This document shows, one piece after another, positions 36,398-49,980 of a DNA stretch of 64,000 nt. Origin of the DNA: Mobula hypostoma (Eukaryota); contig NC_086097.1 of NCBI RefSeq assembly GCF_963921235.1, positions 23,562,001-23,626,000 on the forward strand, given 5' to 3'. Position 1 is the first letter of the stretch. The number at the start of each line of letters is the position of its first letter. The translations under genes were made by a program, and so were the position numbers. The notes beneath the pieces were generated by a model. That model was not told the origin of the DNA. It made no database searches and saw only the letters and a program-made list of their open reading frames with translations.

Positions 36398-37619
36398 GGT
36401 CTCTCCAGGATTTAAAGATTAAACACAAAGGCTGGCCTCAGCAATGTTGTCCTCATTCTGTGATTGGAAGATTTTTGTTTTAGAAAGGATTGGATTGTTG
36501 GCCAAGTTCTGTTTGCGGTTGCTGGACAACACTGATGGTTGTTCAGGTATGGTGCTGCAATTTTGTAAAATCCTCATGAGATGCTGGTGTCACTGTCTCC
36601 TCCATTTTGCCTAGGGAAGGTTGAGGTTATTGCTCTCTTGAACATCGGCTGTCCTTTTTGTGAGTCTTTTCTTAGAATACTGGGAATTTTCCAAGCTGTA
36701 TGTATACTTGTACAAAGTTTCATCAGAGAAACTGGTTGACAGGAAACAAGAATAAGGTTAACTCAGCCACTTGCTGTGTCTTTACCAACATTCAGCCAAT
36801 TCAAAAGACCAGTTGTAAAATCCAAGCCCGTCATCCGGAGGTCATCCAGGCAAGATTACACACAAAGGATGTGAGCTGTTGGTTCCAAGAATGAATTTTT
36901 TTGAACTAATCTGCCACTCCATCCAAATCCCTCTGATTATTCAATTAGGATCATTTTCTTTAGTTGTAAGAGAATATTTCAACTTTTAAAATTAGATGAG
37001 CTTTATTGATGTTCTCCAAAACAGAGTAAATGGGAGAGATGCCCTATTGGCTGTTCTAGGATCTGGCTTGTGGCAAATCCACATCAAACTAAATCCAGGT
37101 CAGGTGATGTGCAATGAAGGTGCGGAAGATTTTTTTAGTGACTATAGAGCCAATCTGTCAGCCTTGCTGTGCTCACTCTTGATAGTTCTGTCATTAGTAA
37201 ATAAAAAAAGGAGTTAGATTGTACAATAAGGGGAGATTGTGGCTGAAGAAAACAGTTAAATGTAGAGGCTAGAGTAGAGCAGTGAAAAATCAAAATTCAC
37301 ACAAAAGGTGATTAGGGTAATGAACCTTTCTCACGTACGAGCTGCATTAAATCCTAGATTAACACAATAAAAAAAAATTGAAATGCTCAACAGGCCAGGC
37401 ACTATCAGTGAGAAGCAAAATGTTAACATTTCAGTAGGACGGGAAAGGAATTAAAATGATATTAAAGTGCAGAAAATGGAGAGAGAGCTGAGAAAAGAGC
37501 TGATGGGAAGGTACCCTAATATGGCAGGAGGGATGAAATAAGGGGGGCATATGGTGCAAGGTAAAAGAAATTAGTAATGAGACAAGGAAAGAACAAAGCA
37601 AGACATTGGTCAGGCTGCA

Positions 37620-38241
37620 CAGTGGGAAATCCAGTTAACGTGGACACACTAGGACTGGTACATTTTGACCCAATTAAGAGGCTGCACTAATTAGCCAAAG
37701 TTTCATGGAAGTAGTTAAAATGGAATAACTGAGTTACAAATTATGTTTTTAAATGAAATGCAGAACAACTTAGACCACTGCCAACATTACTGCGGTTATC
37801 AATGGAGGAATTTATCCAATGTATGCTGCCATGTCGTTTTGATTGACTGTAAATGAACTATTTAGCATGCTGCCTATTGCAGATAAGATAATAGACTGCC
37901 TTCTTTGCCTTCCTGCATGAAGTAGTGTCAAAAATCATTGCTTTTTAATTTGGCATTCATTGGCCAAAATTAATAACATAACAGATGCACACGCAACTGA
38001 TGCAACTGTCCACTGTAAGCAGAGTGCAATGTCTAAGTGCACGTGCACTTAGACATTGCACGTGACTGATGCTAGTTAGAAACTATTCGGCAACAGTCTC
38101 TTGTCCCAATTAATCAGCATAGTGTCTCAAATGAACAAAGGAAAGTCAGGCAGTTTCTCTGTTAGTTTTTGTTCTGTAAGGGTTGTCCCAGTTAAGCAGC
38201 TGCCCGGATTAACCGATGGCCCAGTTAACTGGAACTCACCA
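37620..38241. mobile_element. pogo/Tigger-like MITE
   Basis: Termini cagtgggaaatccagttaac / gttaactggaactcacca-TA; repeated subterminal cccaattaa motifs. Confidence 0.65.
38024..38061. repeat. Perfect 38-bp spacerless palindrome
   Basis: gtgcaatgtctaagtgcac|gtgcacttagacattgcac. Confidence 0.95.
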
Positions 38242-38254
38242 TATTGTGAGGTTG

Positions 38255-38785
38255 TTTTGGGCCAGTTGTCTAACGGATATTGGAGACGGTCTGGCGGAAG
38301 TTTACAAGAATGATCCTGTGAATGAAGGGTTAATGTGTGAGGAGCATTTGATGGCTCTGGACTTGTACTCTCCGGAGTTTAGGAGAATAATGGGGGATGA
38401 TCCCACTGAAATCTACCAAATATTGAAAGACCGAGACAGAGTGGATGTAGAGTGGATGTTTCCTGTAATGGGGTAGTCTAGCACCAGAGGGCACAACCTC
38501 AGAATATAAGAACATCCCTTTAGAACAGAGATGAGAAGGAATTTCTTTAGCCAGAGAGTGGTGTATCTGTGGAATTCATTGCCATAAATGGCCATAGAGG
38601 CCAAGTCATTGGGTGTAATTAAAACCGAGGTTGATAGATTCTTGATTAGTAAGGGCATCAAAGGTTATGGGGAGAAGGCAGGAGAATGGGGTTGAGTGGA
38701 ATAATAAATCAGCCATGATGGAATGGTGGAGCTGGCTCGATGGGCCAAATGATCTAATTCTGCTCCTATATCTGTATAGCCTTAT
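38255..38785 (+). mobile_element. CR1 LINE 3' fragment
   Basis: GLMCEEHLMALDLYSPEFRR...RVDVEWMFP. Confidence 0.85.
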
Positions 38786-39324
38786 AAAAGATGAGTCTAG
38801 AGGAGGTAGAAATGGAAAGTTATAGAATCATTAACAGAAAATATAGACCACATTGTCAGAAGACTACATTGTGTCTTACTGAAAGTTGAGGTGGTCTGTC
38901 TGATATTGGTATTAAATCTGAGATTTGGCTTACTCAAAATATAGTTCCTTTTTGTGAAGAGGAATATTTTTCTCATCTCTCAAAGTTCATTCATTCAGCA
39001 GTTGTATAGGAGCATCAGTACTTGCCAATTCTCCTTTTAAGTCGCACTCCAACTTGAATTGGAAATATACAATGTAGGGTCATAGAAAACTACAGGACTG
39101 AAACAGGCCCTTCGGTATCTAGTCCATACCAAATTACTTAAATCATTTATCACCATCATCATTGGGTCTAAGCTGGAAACTCTCTACCTCAACTCGTCAT
39201 TTAAGTATCTTCCCCAGAAGGACAGTGGCAGTTCCCATCCGCTTGTCAAGGGCATTAATGGACAGGCAATAGGAGATATATAAGCAAAATACCCCCACAG
39301 ACAAATCCATTAAAATCCTAATGT

Positions 39325-40270
39325 CAGTGGCTGACACGACTGTATTTGGTCTCGTGTCTAACAATGCTGTGACCTGCTATCGAAGAGAGGTATAGCATTT
39401 TGCAGGATGTTGTGTTCATAATAACCTGGAGCTTAATGCTGTCAAGACAGTAGAAATGAGGATTGACTTCCTCACAGCCCCGTAGCTTCCCCCATCCCCT
39501 TGGAAATTAATAGTCTAGCTGTGTCTGTGGTTGACTCATTCAAATTCCTGAGGACTACTTTCACCAATACTTGGAAGTGGGACAAGCACATCATGCTCAC
39601 CACTAGAAAAGTCCAGCAGAGATTGTTCTTCCTATGCCAGCTCAGAGAATTTAACATCTTGGGGTGTATCCTGATGTACTTTTTTTTTCAGCCATCATTG
39701 AGAGTGTTGTGACTATCACCATTTGGTTTCCCGCCGCCTCCTCACTCTGCAGGTGGTCCACTCAGCAGAGAAGATCATAGGCTGTCAGCTACCTATAGTA
39801 AACGACCTGTTCATCGCCAGAGCAAAGAAAAGAGCTGAAAAAAATTTAGCTGCCTCCGCCCACCCTAGCAGTCACCTATTCCCCAAATTTCCATCAGGGA
39901 GATGCTGCAAGTCCATCACCACCAGGACTATACGTCATCTCTGAAGCTTTTTCTCCTGTAGCTATCCAACTTCTCAACAAAATTCACTCAGGTGTAATAC
40001 CCTATCCATCCTTACACAACATCTATTAAATGGTCTTTCCTGCTCTCCTTGTTCTGCTGATAATTATTGAGTCTGTTCATATGTTCACATTTATTTGTTT
40101 GATTATTGACATTTGTGCATGTGACTATTCTACTAATTGTTTATTGCTCATTGCTGTTTGCACGATTATCTTGCAAATTGTTGGTTGCTATTGCCGTTGT
40201 CTGTTATGGTATTGACTTGTATTCTATGCTTGGAACTGAACCACAATCATTTGTGGTATGTTTCACAATA
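39325..40270 (+). mobile_element. Rex1/Babar-like LINE, RT C-terminal half and 3' UTR
   Basis: VVDSFKFL, KVQQRLFFLCQLREF and AHPSSHLFPKFPSGR motifs; ends aataaagtaattctgattctga. Confidence 0.85.
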
Positions 40271-41055
40271 ATAAAGTAATTCTGATTCTGAAAACATACT
40301 TCAACTCTGAAGAAAATCCCGCCCATAAAACGCCTCCGTATACGTTTAACAGTTGATGGTGCCTTATCCCAGCTTTGAAATCTGTCAAAGTTGTCAAGAT
40401 TTTCAAAGACTTATGAATATCCTTGAAATTCAGAACCATTTAAGAGCTATTACAAATGAATTAAACAATTTAGAAGTTTTATTTTTTAAATAATATAGAA
40501 ACTGCTAATAACAGATTTTAAATAATTAAAAACATAATGCAAACACATTATTAAAAACTGTAGCTTATTTTCTTCTTCACATAACAGATTTCAGATTTAG
40601 ATTTATGTATCAACATACACCAAAACATACAATGAGGTGTGTCATTTGTGTTAACAATCAGCATGCCCAAGGATGTGCTAGGGGCAGCATACAAGTGTGG
40701 TCACACATAACAGTGCCTACAAAACATGCCCCTCTTCCCACCTGGCTACAGCTGTCAACATCTAGCTTGTACTCCTTTCCGTCCTCCCTACTTTCCTATT
40801 CTGGTTTCTTCCCTCTTCCTTTCCAGTTCTGATAAAGTGCCTCAGCCCAAAGCATCAACTGCTATTCCTTTCCAAAGATGCTTCCTGTCCTGTTCAGTTC
40901 CTCCAGCATCTGGTAGGTGATGCCCTTTTTGCATCTATCCAATGCCATTGAACCGAATAGGCCAGGTTTTATTGAAACACTAATTATCCCCTAGACTCTG
41001 TCACTATTTCCAACATTTTCTATCCCTCCTGACTCCATCTGCCAATCAGCTAGAT

Positions 41056-41136
41056 CAGGGTTTCCCAAACTGGGGTCCACAGACCCCGCAGTTAATGGTA
41101 GGGATCCATGGCATAAAAAAAGGTTGGGAACCTCTG
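41056..41136. mobile_element. 81-bp hAT-Charlie MITE
   Basis: cagggtttcccaaac ... ggttgggaacctctg; 8-bp flanks agctagat / acctaggt (6/8). Confidence 0.85.
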
Positions 41137-41411
41137 ACCTAGGTACACCAAGTGCTTGCCATCATTTGCCATACCCATCCCACTCAATTTTTTTTTATTG
41201 TGGTTATCTCTTCTCTGCTCTTTCAGTCCACATGAAGGGTTTTGACCTGAAATGTTGAATGCGTTGAATGCTCGTTTTCCTCTGTAGATGCTACCTGACC
41301 CATTGAGATCTCCCAGCAGTGCATCTTTTGCTCCTGATTCCAGCAGTCTCTTGTACCTGCATATAAAATTCTTAAATGCTTGTGAGACTAAGATGTTTCC
41401 CCTGTTTGAGA

Positions 41412-41978
41412 AGACATAGGAACAGAATAGTCCATTCAGCTTACTGAACTTGCTATGCCATTCGATCAAGGCTGATTAATTTTCCCTCTCAACCTCATTT
41501 TCTTGCCTACTTGCCTTTGACCTCCTTACGAATCAAGAAACTGTCATCCTCTGCTTTAAATGTACCTAATGACTTGGCTACCATGGCCATCTGTGGCAAT
41601 GAATTCCACAGGAATTCCCTCTGGCTAAAGAAATTCCTCCTCAGCTCTGTTCTAAAGGGATGTCCTATTCTGAGCTGTGCCCTCTGGTCTTAGACTCCCC
41701 CACCCCCACACACAACTATTGCAAACATCCTCTCTATCTGGACATCTCAATTTTCGATAGATTTCAATGACGTACACTCCCATTCTTCAAAACTCCAATA
41801 ATTACAGGCCCAGGGTGATCAAACGCTCCTCATATGTTCACCTTTTCATTCCCAGGATCATTCTCATGAACCTCCCCTGAACCCTCCCCTATGCCAGTCC
41901 ATTGGTAAGGGGCCCAAAACTGCTCACAATATTCCAACTATGGTCTGACCAATGTCTTACAAAGCCTCAGTATTACAT
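41412..41978 (-). mobile_element. CR1 LINE 3' fragment
   Basis: Homologous to 13271-13850. Confidence 0.82.
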
Positions 41979-42549
41979 GCTCCAACACCAATGGGGAGAA
42001 ATTATTTCACTCAAAAAGTGGAGAATCTTTAGAATTCTTGACCGGAGATTATCGTGGATCAAAATTCATTGTATTCATTGACAGCACAGATTAATAGATT
42101 ACTGGACATTAAGAAAATCAAGGATTACTGGGGCAATGATGGAAAATGGTGTTGGTAGAAGATCAGCCAAGAACTTAATGAATTTTGGAGCAAGCTTGAA
42201 AAGCTGGATGACATACTCCAATTCCTTATGTTCTTATTTAGGATCTGTACTGTCGAGGTCCACCAAGATCTTGCTCCATTAACAGAGTCCACGTGGAGCT
42301 CAGCTAACACATCACCAGCAGAACTAAACTAGAAAATGGGGACTTACATGCAGGAGTCCAAGCTTTCCAGCTGCTGTGCAGACTACAGACTTAACAGAAA
42401 AATATAAGTCATTAACTTATGTTCCTCTCTCCATCGACGCTCTCTGACCTGCTGATTATTTCTGTCATTTTTATTTTTGTTTCTGGGTTAGGTAACCAAA
42501 ATCCACACTATCTTCCTTTTTTATGATGTAATGCACTGTGGATTACATA

Positions 42550-43049
42550 CACACTAAATAGCCTCTTCATTAAGTACACCTGCTCATTAATGCAAATATC
42601 TAATCAGCCAATCATGCGACAACATCTAAATGCAGACATAGTCAAGAGGTTCAGTTGTTCAGACCAAACTTCATGATGGGGAAGGACGGTGATCTAAGTG
42701 ACTTTGACTGTGGGATGATTGTTGGTGTCAGACAGGGTGGCTTCAGTACCTTAGAGATTGCTGATCTCCAGTGATTTTCATGCACAACTGTCTCTTGAAT
42801 TTTCAGAGAATGATGCATGAAACAAAAAAAATCTATTTCTGTGGGTGAAAGCACCTTGTTAATGAGAGAGGTCAGAGGAAAACAACCAGAAGGAGACAGT
42901 AACTCAAAGAGCTATGCATTACAATGGTGGTGTGCCAAAGTGCATCTTTGAATGCACAACACGTCAAAACTTGAAGTGGATGGGTTACAGTAGCAGAAGA
43001 CCACAAACATACACCCAGGAGGTATCTAATAAAGTGGATGCTAAAAGTG
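42550..43049 (+). mobile_element. Tc1-derived non-autonomous DNA transposon
   Basis: gatctaagtgactttgactgtgggatgattgttggtgtcaga (DLSDFDCGMIVG); homologous to 6134-6677; TIRs degenerate. Confidence 0.8.
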
Positions 43050-43814
43050 TATAAATCCATGATTAATGTGGAATATTGGAGATAACTTGTATCCTCAACA
43101 GAGGCAGGTAGTCTAGTTCTGGATACAATAATAATTAGTTTACTGTTCTCTTAATCATTGTGGTTTTATTGGAGTACTATCTATTCCTTTGAAACATTTG
43201 GAAGGACCACAGACCTGGTACTGTGGCCAACCAATCCAAATTTAGATATTTAGAAAGAAGACAAGAAGCATAGATTCACACTTATGAAGGGTAAATTGAG
43301 GACAGACATCAGGTGGTATTATTTTACAGGGAAAGTGATGAATGGTTGGATCAAGGTAACCAGGACATCCTGTTTAGTTCAGGACATTTGATAAATAGAT
43401 AGATGTTGCAAAAATGAATAATGTACAGTAGCTTTGGTATTTTTTATAGATGAGGTCAAATGGGCTTAAGTTGTTTCTGTCTTGTGAAGCGTAGTCCCCA
43501 AAGAGATGGTTTGTGCCCTCAGTATAAAACAAATTGGAATTATTTAGGAACTTTCCTGCATTTTTCAGCAGATATAGTTAGAGGCTAGTAAACAGGATGA
43601 TTGGGGTGTAGGTGTCAAATGCAACACCAACATTTCATGTCCATTCATTCAGGATACTGTCCCAGCAAAGAAAAAAGGAAATAAATGGATTTCCAAGCCA
43701 GGATGGTGCAATAGGGAGACTGTAAAGTTTCCATATAAGCCTACTGCCCTCCATCTTCTAGATGATGGAGATTGCAAGTTTAGAAGTATGCCTCTTATCA
43801 GAGAGATGATAATG

Positions 43815-44140
43815 AACAGGATGATAAGAATCGTAGATTGTCCAGAGAGCAGAGACTTTTTCCCAGGGCTGAAATTTTAATGTTTTTGCAGGAAAGTATA
43901 GTGGGGATGTCAGAGGCAGGTTTTTTTTTACAGAGATTGGTGAGTGCATGGAGCATGTTGCCAGGAGTGGTGGTGGAGGCAGATACATTAGGGACATTTA
44001 AGAGACTGTTAGGCAGGCACATGGATGAAGGAGAAATGGAGGGCTCTGTGGGAGGGGAGTGTTTGATCTTGGAGTAGATTAAAAAGGTCAGCATTACATT
44101 GTGGATCGAACAGCCTGCTTCTGTGCTGTACAGTCCTATC
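43815..44140 (+). mobile_element. CR1 LINE 3' fragment
   Basis: FFLQRLVSAWSMLPGVVVEADTLGTFKRLLGRHM. Confidence 0.82.
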
Positions 44141-44559
44141 ATTTTTTTTTCGCCAGTGTATTTTGTCACTGTATGTCCAGCATCCAGGGTGAATGTCCAA
44201 GATATCAGGTTACCCAAAGATCCCAATATTCCTCTGAAATAAAGCAATAAAATTTAATCTGGAGAAAGATATACCATGGGATAAAGAAATATTAGTCATG
44301 ATACATTTGACATTTTGCTTGGTACCTTGTGCTTTTCTTTGAAAGGTAATCCAGAGTTAGTTTATTCTGCCTATGTTAGATTCATGCTGTACAAGCACTG
44401 GAAGGCATTGCGGCAGCCTCTTGCCAGTATCTCCCCCAAACTTCCTGGAAACGTAAGGTACTTGGGTAAGTGTTGAGGGTGGGGCATGTGAGAAATCTGG
44501 GTTTTGCCAGCAGAACTAAATATTTGAGAGTATTGATCACCTGTTGTCATTTGTTTATA

Positions 44560-44835
44560 CATTTATTTATTGAGACACAGCATGGACTCATCCCTTTGAG
44601 CTGTGCAACCCAGCAATTTTCTGACTTAATCCTTGTCTAATCATGGGATAATTTAAAATGACCAATTAATCTACCAGCTGGTATGTCCTTGGACTGTGGG
44701 AGCGAACTGGAGCACCTAGAAGAAACCCACAAGTTCATGGGGAGAACGTACAAGCTCCTTACAGGCAGTGGGGTTATTGAACCCAGGTCACTGGTTCTTT
44801 AAGCGTTGTGCTAATCACTACTTTACCATGCCTGC
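44560..44835 (-). mobile_element. tRNA-derived V-domain SINE
   Basis: Reverse homolog of 46204-46470. Confidence 0.8.
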
Positions 44836-46203
44836 CGAAGAACCATCACACAGCCATTCAGCACTGACACAGACCTTGGCCCACTACTCCCTCAGCAACT
44901 ATTGAATACCCAAATTCCTAATTGTAATTCCTTTATTTCTTCTCTCTCTCTCTGTCTCCCACTGCACTGATATTCCTGCCACTTGCCTACATGAGGGGAA
45001 AATGAACGTACTAACCAGAACATGTCTGGTGTGCGAGATGTGCTAGAGCACTTGTAGGGAACCCATGCAGTCACAGGGTCAATGTAAACTCCATAGAGAT
45101 GGGACCCAGGGTCAGATCAAGCCAGGTGTCTGTCATTGTGAGGCAGCAGGACTATAGACTGAGCCTCTGTGTTTCCCCCATTCATTATATTTATCTATGA
45201 TCAATCGATTTTCTTTCTCAAAACAGGTTGGCAATGTGGAGGCCAAGTTAAGTGGAGGCTGATAGATTCCTGATTGGTAAGGGTGTCAAAGATTATAGGG
45301 AGAAGGCGGAAGAATGGGGCTGAGAATCAGTCATGATTGAATGGTGGACCAGACTCGATGGGCTGAATGGCCTAATTCTGCTGTTATGGTAAATGACACA
45401 CCACCCAAAGTGATAAAATTGGAGATCAGGCAGAGTGCTAATAAAGGTATAGACAGAGACCAGTACAAAGATGGATAGACACAGAAATAAAGATGAAGTA
45501 ACACTCAGAAAGAGAGAGGGAGAGAGAGAGAAAGAGAACAATAATATTGTACAATGAAAAGCAAAGAGTGAGAACACACACACGAACAAACACACAAACA
45601 TTGCCTGTTTCCCTTTCACTCACCATGAGAAAAGGAGGTGGATGGAAATCAATTGACATTTATATTGTGATCTTCCTGACTGCAGAATGTTCAGAGGGTC
45701 TACAGACAATCATGTACTTTAGTAGGTCATTCTTGATTGTGACACAGGAAACGCGAACACGTTGTAAAACAATAAATTGGCGGACCATTAAACATGTCTC
45801 TTGTTTGAAGTCAATGGAAATAAAAATGGGGAAGATGTCAGACACATTTATACCCATTGTACTGCATTACTCTCTCGCATTCTCCTCTGTTTTGGAGAAA
45901 ATATCACCCTTGCTAATGAGACCCAGGCCCTGTGAACAAATAGATATGAAAGATGACTTGACTGGAGCTGGTATAACTTTAAGAATTTCCTTCCTAAACC
46001 TTGTTGCCTCACTATTAGTCTCTCACTTAAGAAAGTGCCTGAAACTAACCTCATTCGCCAGATCCAAATGTACCCTTATTTGAGTCACTGTCAAATTTTA
46101 TTTGCAGGTACTTTTTAATAAACTTTATTATGTTAAAGACACTCTATAAGGAAAATATTGTTGAATTCTGTCAGCCTTTTTGAATTAAGATTTCTTTGAT
46201 AAT

Positions 46204-46470
46204 GTGGCGGTGAGGTAGCATAGTGGTTAGCACACCACTTTACAGTACCAGTGACCTGGGTTCGATCCCTGCAACTGTCTGTAAGGAGTTTGTAAATTCT
46301 CCCCATGACCATTTGGGTTTCCTCCCATAGACTAAAAAGGTACCAGTTAGTCGATTAATTGATCATTGTAGATCTTCCTGTGATGAGTCTAGGATTAAAT
46401 TGGGGGTTGCTGGCTGGCATGGCTCAAAGGGCTGGAGCGGACTGTTCGGTGCTGTATCTTAATAAATAAA
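46204..46470 (+). mobile_element. tRNA-derived V-domain SINE with intact Pol III boxes
   Basis: A box TAGCATAGTGG (46216-46226), B box GGTTCGATCCC (46259-46269), V core, aataaataaa tail. Confidence 0.88.
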
Positions 46471-46965
46471 TCAATCTAATTTTACTTTCACTGATTTGTG
46501 CCTCTGACATTTGACCCAATTATCCTCCGTTTCTTTGAAGTAATATCTTGGATTTATCCTTTATAAGCTATTTAATATTTTCTGTACTTCAACAAGATCC
46601 CTCTTAACCTTACTCTCGCCAGGCTTTAAAGATTGAGTTTTACATATTGCAGTGTGTCTGTCAATCCCCACTTGGACCCTTAAGCGAAAAAATATGTCAA
46701 GGATTCCCAGAAAATGTTCTTCTTTTGTCCTCTGTGAGTTATTTTCTAGATTTCTCTTGGGATTTAATTTGCTCTGGTTTTATTTCCTGCTCGTTGTGTT
46801 CATGTGCAAAGGTTTGCATACTCTTGGCTTACAGCAAGCAAAACCAATAAATCTGCCAGCAATGGATGCTACAGTATCATCTGTGTAGCACCAAGCAACC
46901 CTTTTACAAGGCATGTTGGCACTATGAATGACATGTAGAGCATTAATCCAGTTCTAGTGGTCACC

Positions 46966-47470
46966 AGAGCAACACACACACAAAATGCTGGAGGAACTCA
47001 ACAGGTCAGGAGAGGCAGCCTCTATGGAAGGAATGAACAGTTCACGTTCTGGATCACGACCCTTCATCAGGACTGGAAAGGCAGGAAGGAGAAGCCAGAG
47101 TAAGAAAGTGAGGAGGGGGAAAGTTGTACAAGCTGGCAGGTGATCGGTGAAACCCACTGAGGGTGAATGAGGGAGGCAGGATGAAGTGAGAAGTTGGGAG
47201 GAGATAGGTGCAAAAGGTACAGGGCTGAAAAACAACTACCAGCCTCTTACTTCATCTCCCTTCCCCCACCCACCAACCTTCCCCTCACTTGACTTCACCT
47301 ATCACCTGCCAGCTTGTCCTCTTTCCCCTCTTCCCACCTTTTTCATCCTGGCTTCTTCCCCCTTTCCTTTCGAGTCCTGATGAAGGGTCTCAGACTGAAA
47401 CATCGACCATTCATTCCTCCCCATGGGTGCTTGACTTGCTAAGTTCCTCCAGCATTTTGTGTGTGTTACT
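46966..47470. mobile_element. Inverted Penelope pLTR pair; hammerhead motifs near 47039-47074 (-) and 47373-47408 (+)
   Basis: 46966-47230 is reverse-complementary to 47235-47470; agtcctgatgaagggtctcagactgaaacatcgacc. Confidence 0.85.
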
Positions 47471-47994
47471 CTTTATATGTTGGGCTTCTACCTTTAATCT
47501 TTAGGGTATATGATAAGAAATGCAATTTTAGAAATAGAAATGGAAATAGGTCATTCAGTCCCTGATCCCACCTGCAGTCAATAAGGTTATGGTGCATAAT
47601 TTACCTCAGTACAGCTTTCTTACACTAACCTCTAATCTCTTGACTCCCTTAATATCAAATAAAGACGTGTAGATTTCTCCCTCTGTCTTAAATATATTGA
47701 ACCTCCTTACCTTTTATTTTCCCTTTCTGTAAAATGAGTCAAAATTAATTATTATCACAGAACAGCAGCAGAGCAAACAGGACTACCGTCTCACAACTTG
47801 AACGACCTGTCTCCAATCCTGACCTTCAGTGCTATCTGAATAGAGTTTACATGTTCTCCTTGTGACCACGTGAGTTTCCTACAGGTTCTCATGTCTCCTC
47901 CCATATATAAAGGCATACAGATTGGTAAATTGCCCCTAGTGTGTAGAATTTGAGGACGGGACTTTGGGGAGAATAAGATCGTTCAATAAAATAT

Positions 47995-48262
47995 ATGAGG
48001 TGACACAGTTGAGTAGCGATTAGCGCATTCATTTTGCAATGCCAACAATCACCATTTGGGGTTTGATTCCCGCCACTGTCTCTCAGGAGTTTATTTGTTC
48101 TCACCATGACTGAGTGGATTTCCTCCAGTTGCTCCAGCTTCCTTCCACATTCCAAAGACATAGAGTGAGGGTTAGTAGTTGTAGACTTGCTACATTGGCG
48201 CCAGAAGCGTGGTGACACTTGCGGGCTGCCTTCAAGCGCAAATCTTGCTGATTTAATTTGCC
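47995..48262 (+). mobile_element. tRNA-derived V-domain SINE
   Basis: ggtttgattccc B-box-like motif and V core. Confidence 0.75.
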
Positions 48263-49436
48263 GCAAACAACTCTTAACCTATATACTAAGATGACTAGTG
48301 TAAACAGGTATTTGATGGTCAATGTTGACCTGCTGGGGCAAAAGACCTGTTTCCCTGCTGTATTGTTCTCTGACACTAACAGTGATTTTCACTTTATTGT
48401 TTGTCGACTTGCTGTCGGGGAGGATATTTCAATCTGACTAAATACTTGACCCACTTGACAGGTTCCACCTCTAGTACAGGTTTCACCAGACTGAAAACTC
48501 GATGCCATGAGGTCCACTTAAATTTTGTGGGCGGCTCTTTTTATCGCCATTGGTAAGCATTGTTCCTCTGCTGACGGTTGCAGAACCCACACCAATAATT
48601 TCTTTAACATCCTTATGATTTTTCTCGTGAGGTTTACTCACAGCAGATTGGTCTTCACTTCCAGGGATCTCCAAGCTAGTCTTGGAGAGTTAGCAACAAT
48701 ATCCCTGTCAAGTATGTCACTCCACAGCACACATGGGTCTGCCTGACAATGATTTTAAATTGCTATATAAAGTTAGAACTACCAATTATCCTGGGCAGAA
48801 ATGCAGGTGTCACTCAACAGCTGCAAATATGAATGTTGCAACCTAAATTTAGCCGATGCCATAAAAGAAGGGAAGCTCATAGACAATTAGGATAGTTCTC
48901 GACTATCTTAGCTGACTGGAAAGGCAAAAAAATTGTTTTTTTAACTATGCTTGCACGTAGTAAGCTTACCATAGCTTTGCAACATACTCAGCATTTAAAG
49001 GTCTGATCAGAAATTGGCCTCAAGTGGCATCAGGTAATCAGATAAATGAGTGGTTTCTCATTGTTTCCCTGCTCCTGTCAGCAATCTCGATCAGCCTAGA
49101 TTCAGATCAAATTCTCTCATGCTTCCTCAAGTCCAGATTCAGGTTCATTTATTTATCACATGTACCTCAAAACATACGGTGAAATGTGTTGTTTGCATTA
49201 ACAACCAAAGGATGTGCTGGGCTGGGGGCAGCCCACAAGTGTTGCCACATATTCCTGTGCCAACGTAGCATGCCAAAGTTCACTATTGCACATAATTGCA
49301 TTTTATCCATAACTGCAGTTTAAAGCAGGTGGAAAATGTAATGATAACAATCTTAAGAAGCTCAGCTAAGTAGTCTCCACCTCTAGTCTTGGTCTAGCAG
49401 CAATTCAAGAGCAAAGAGAAGACTTCTAGGATAGGG

Positions 49437-49980
49437 TCATAGAGCACAGAAACATCTCCTTTGGTCCATCTAGTCCATGTCGGCCTGGTCTTCTGCCTAA
49501 CCCCATCTTTCTTCATCCAGATCGTAGCCCTCCATACCACTCTCACCTATGCATCTATCTAAATCTCTTTTTTAATGTGACAGTTGAACTTGCATCTACC
49601 ACTTCCATCAGGAGCTCATCCTACACTTACATCACCCTCTGAGTGAAAAGTTCCCCTTCAGATTTCCATTAAATATTTTACTTTTCACCCAAAATGTATG
49701 ATCTCTAGTTCTAGTCTCACCCAACCCGAGGGTGAAAAGCCAGGAAGCACCCACTCTATCTGTATCCCTCATAATTTTCAGTGCCTCTATGAAATCTCCC
49801 TTGATTCTCCTACACTCCAGGGGAAAAATGCCCTAACCTATTCAACCTTTCCCTATAACTTAGGTCCTTAGGTTCTCAAGTCCAAGCAACAACCTTGTAA
49901 TTTTTCTCTGTATTCTTTCAAACTTATTGATATTTTTCCTGTAGGTAGGTGACCAAAACTCCACACAATACTCCAAATAT
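49437..49980 (-). mobile_element. CR1 LINE 3' fragment
   Basis: gaccaaaactccacacaatactccaaa (reverse of LEYCVEFWS) and downstream motifs. Confidence 0.75.

Noticed and set aside
46204..46275. tRNA gene
   Set aside because: A and B boxes are present, but the sequence runs into a SINE V domain and tail and forms no full cloverleaf.
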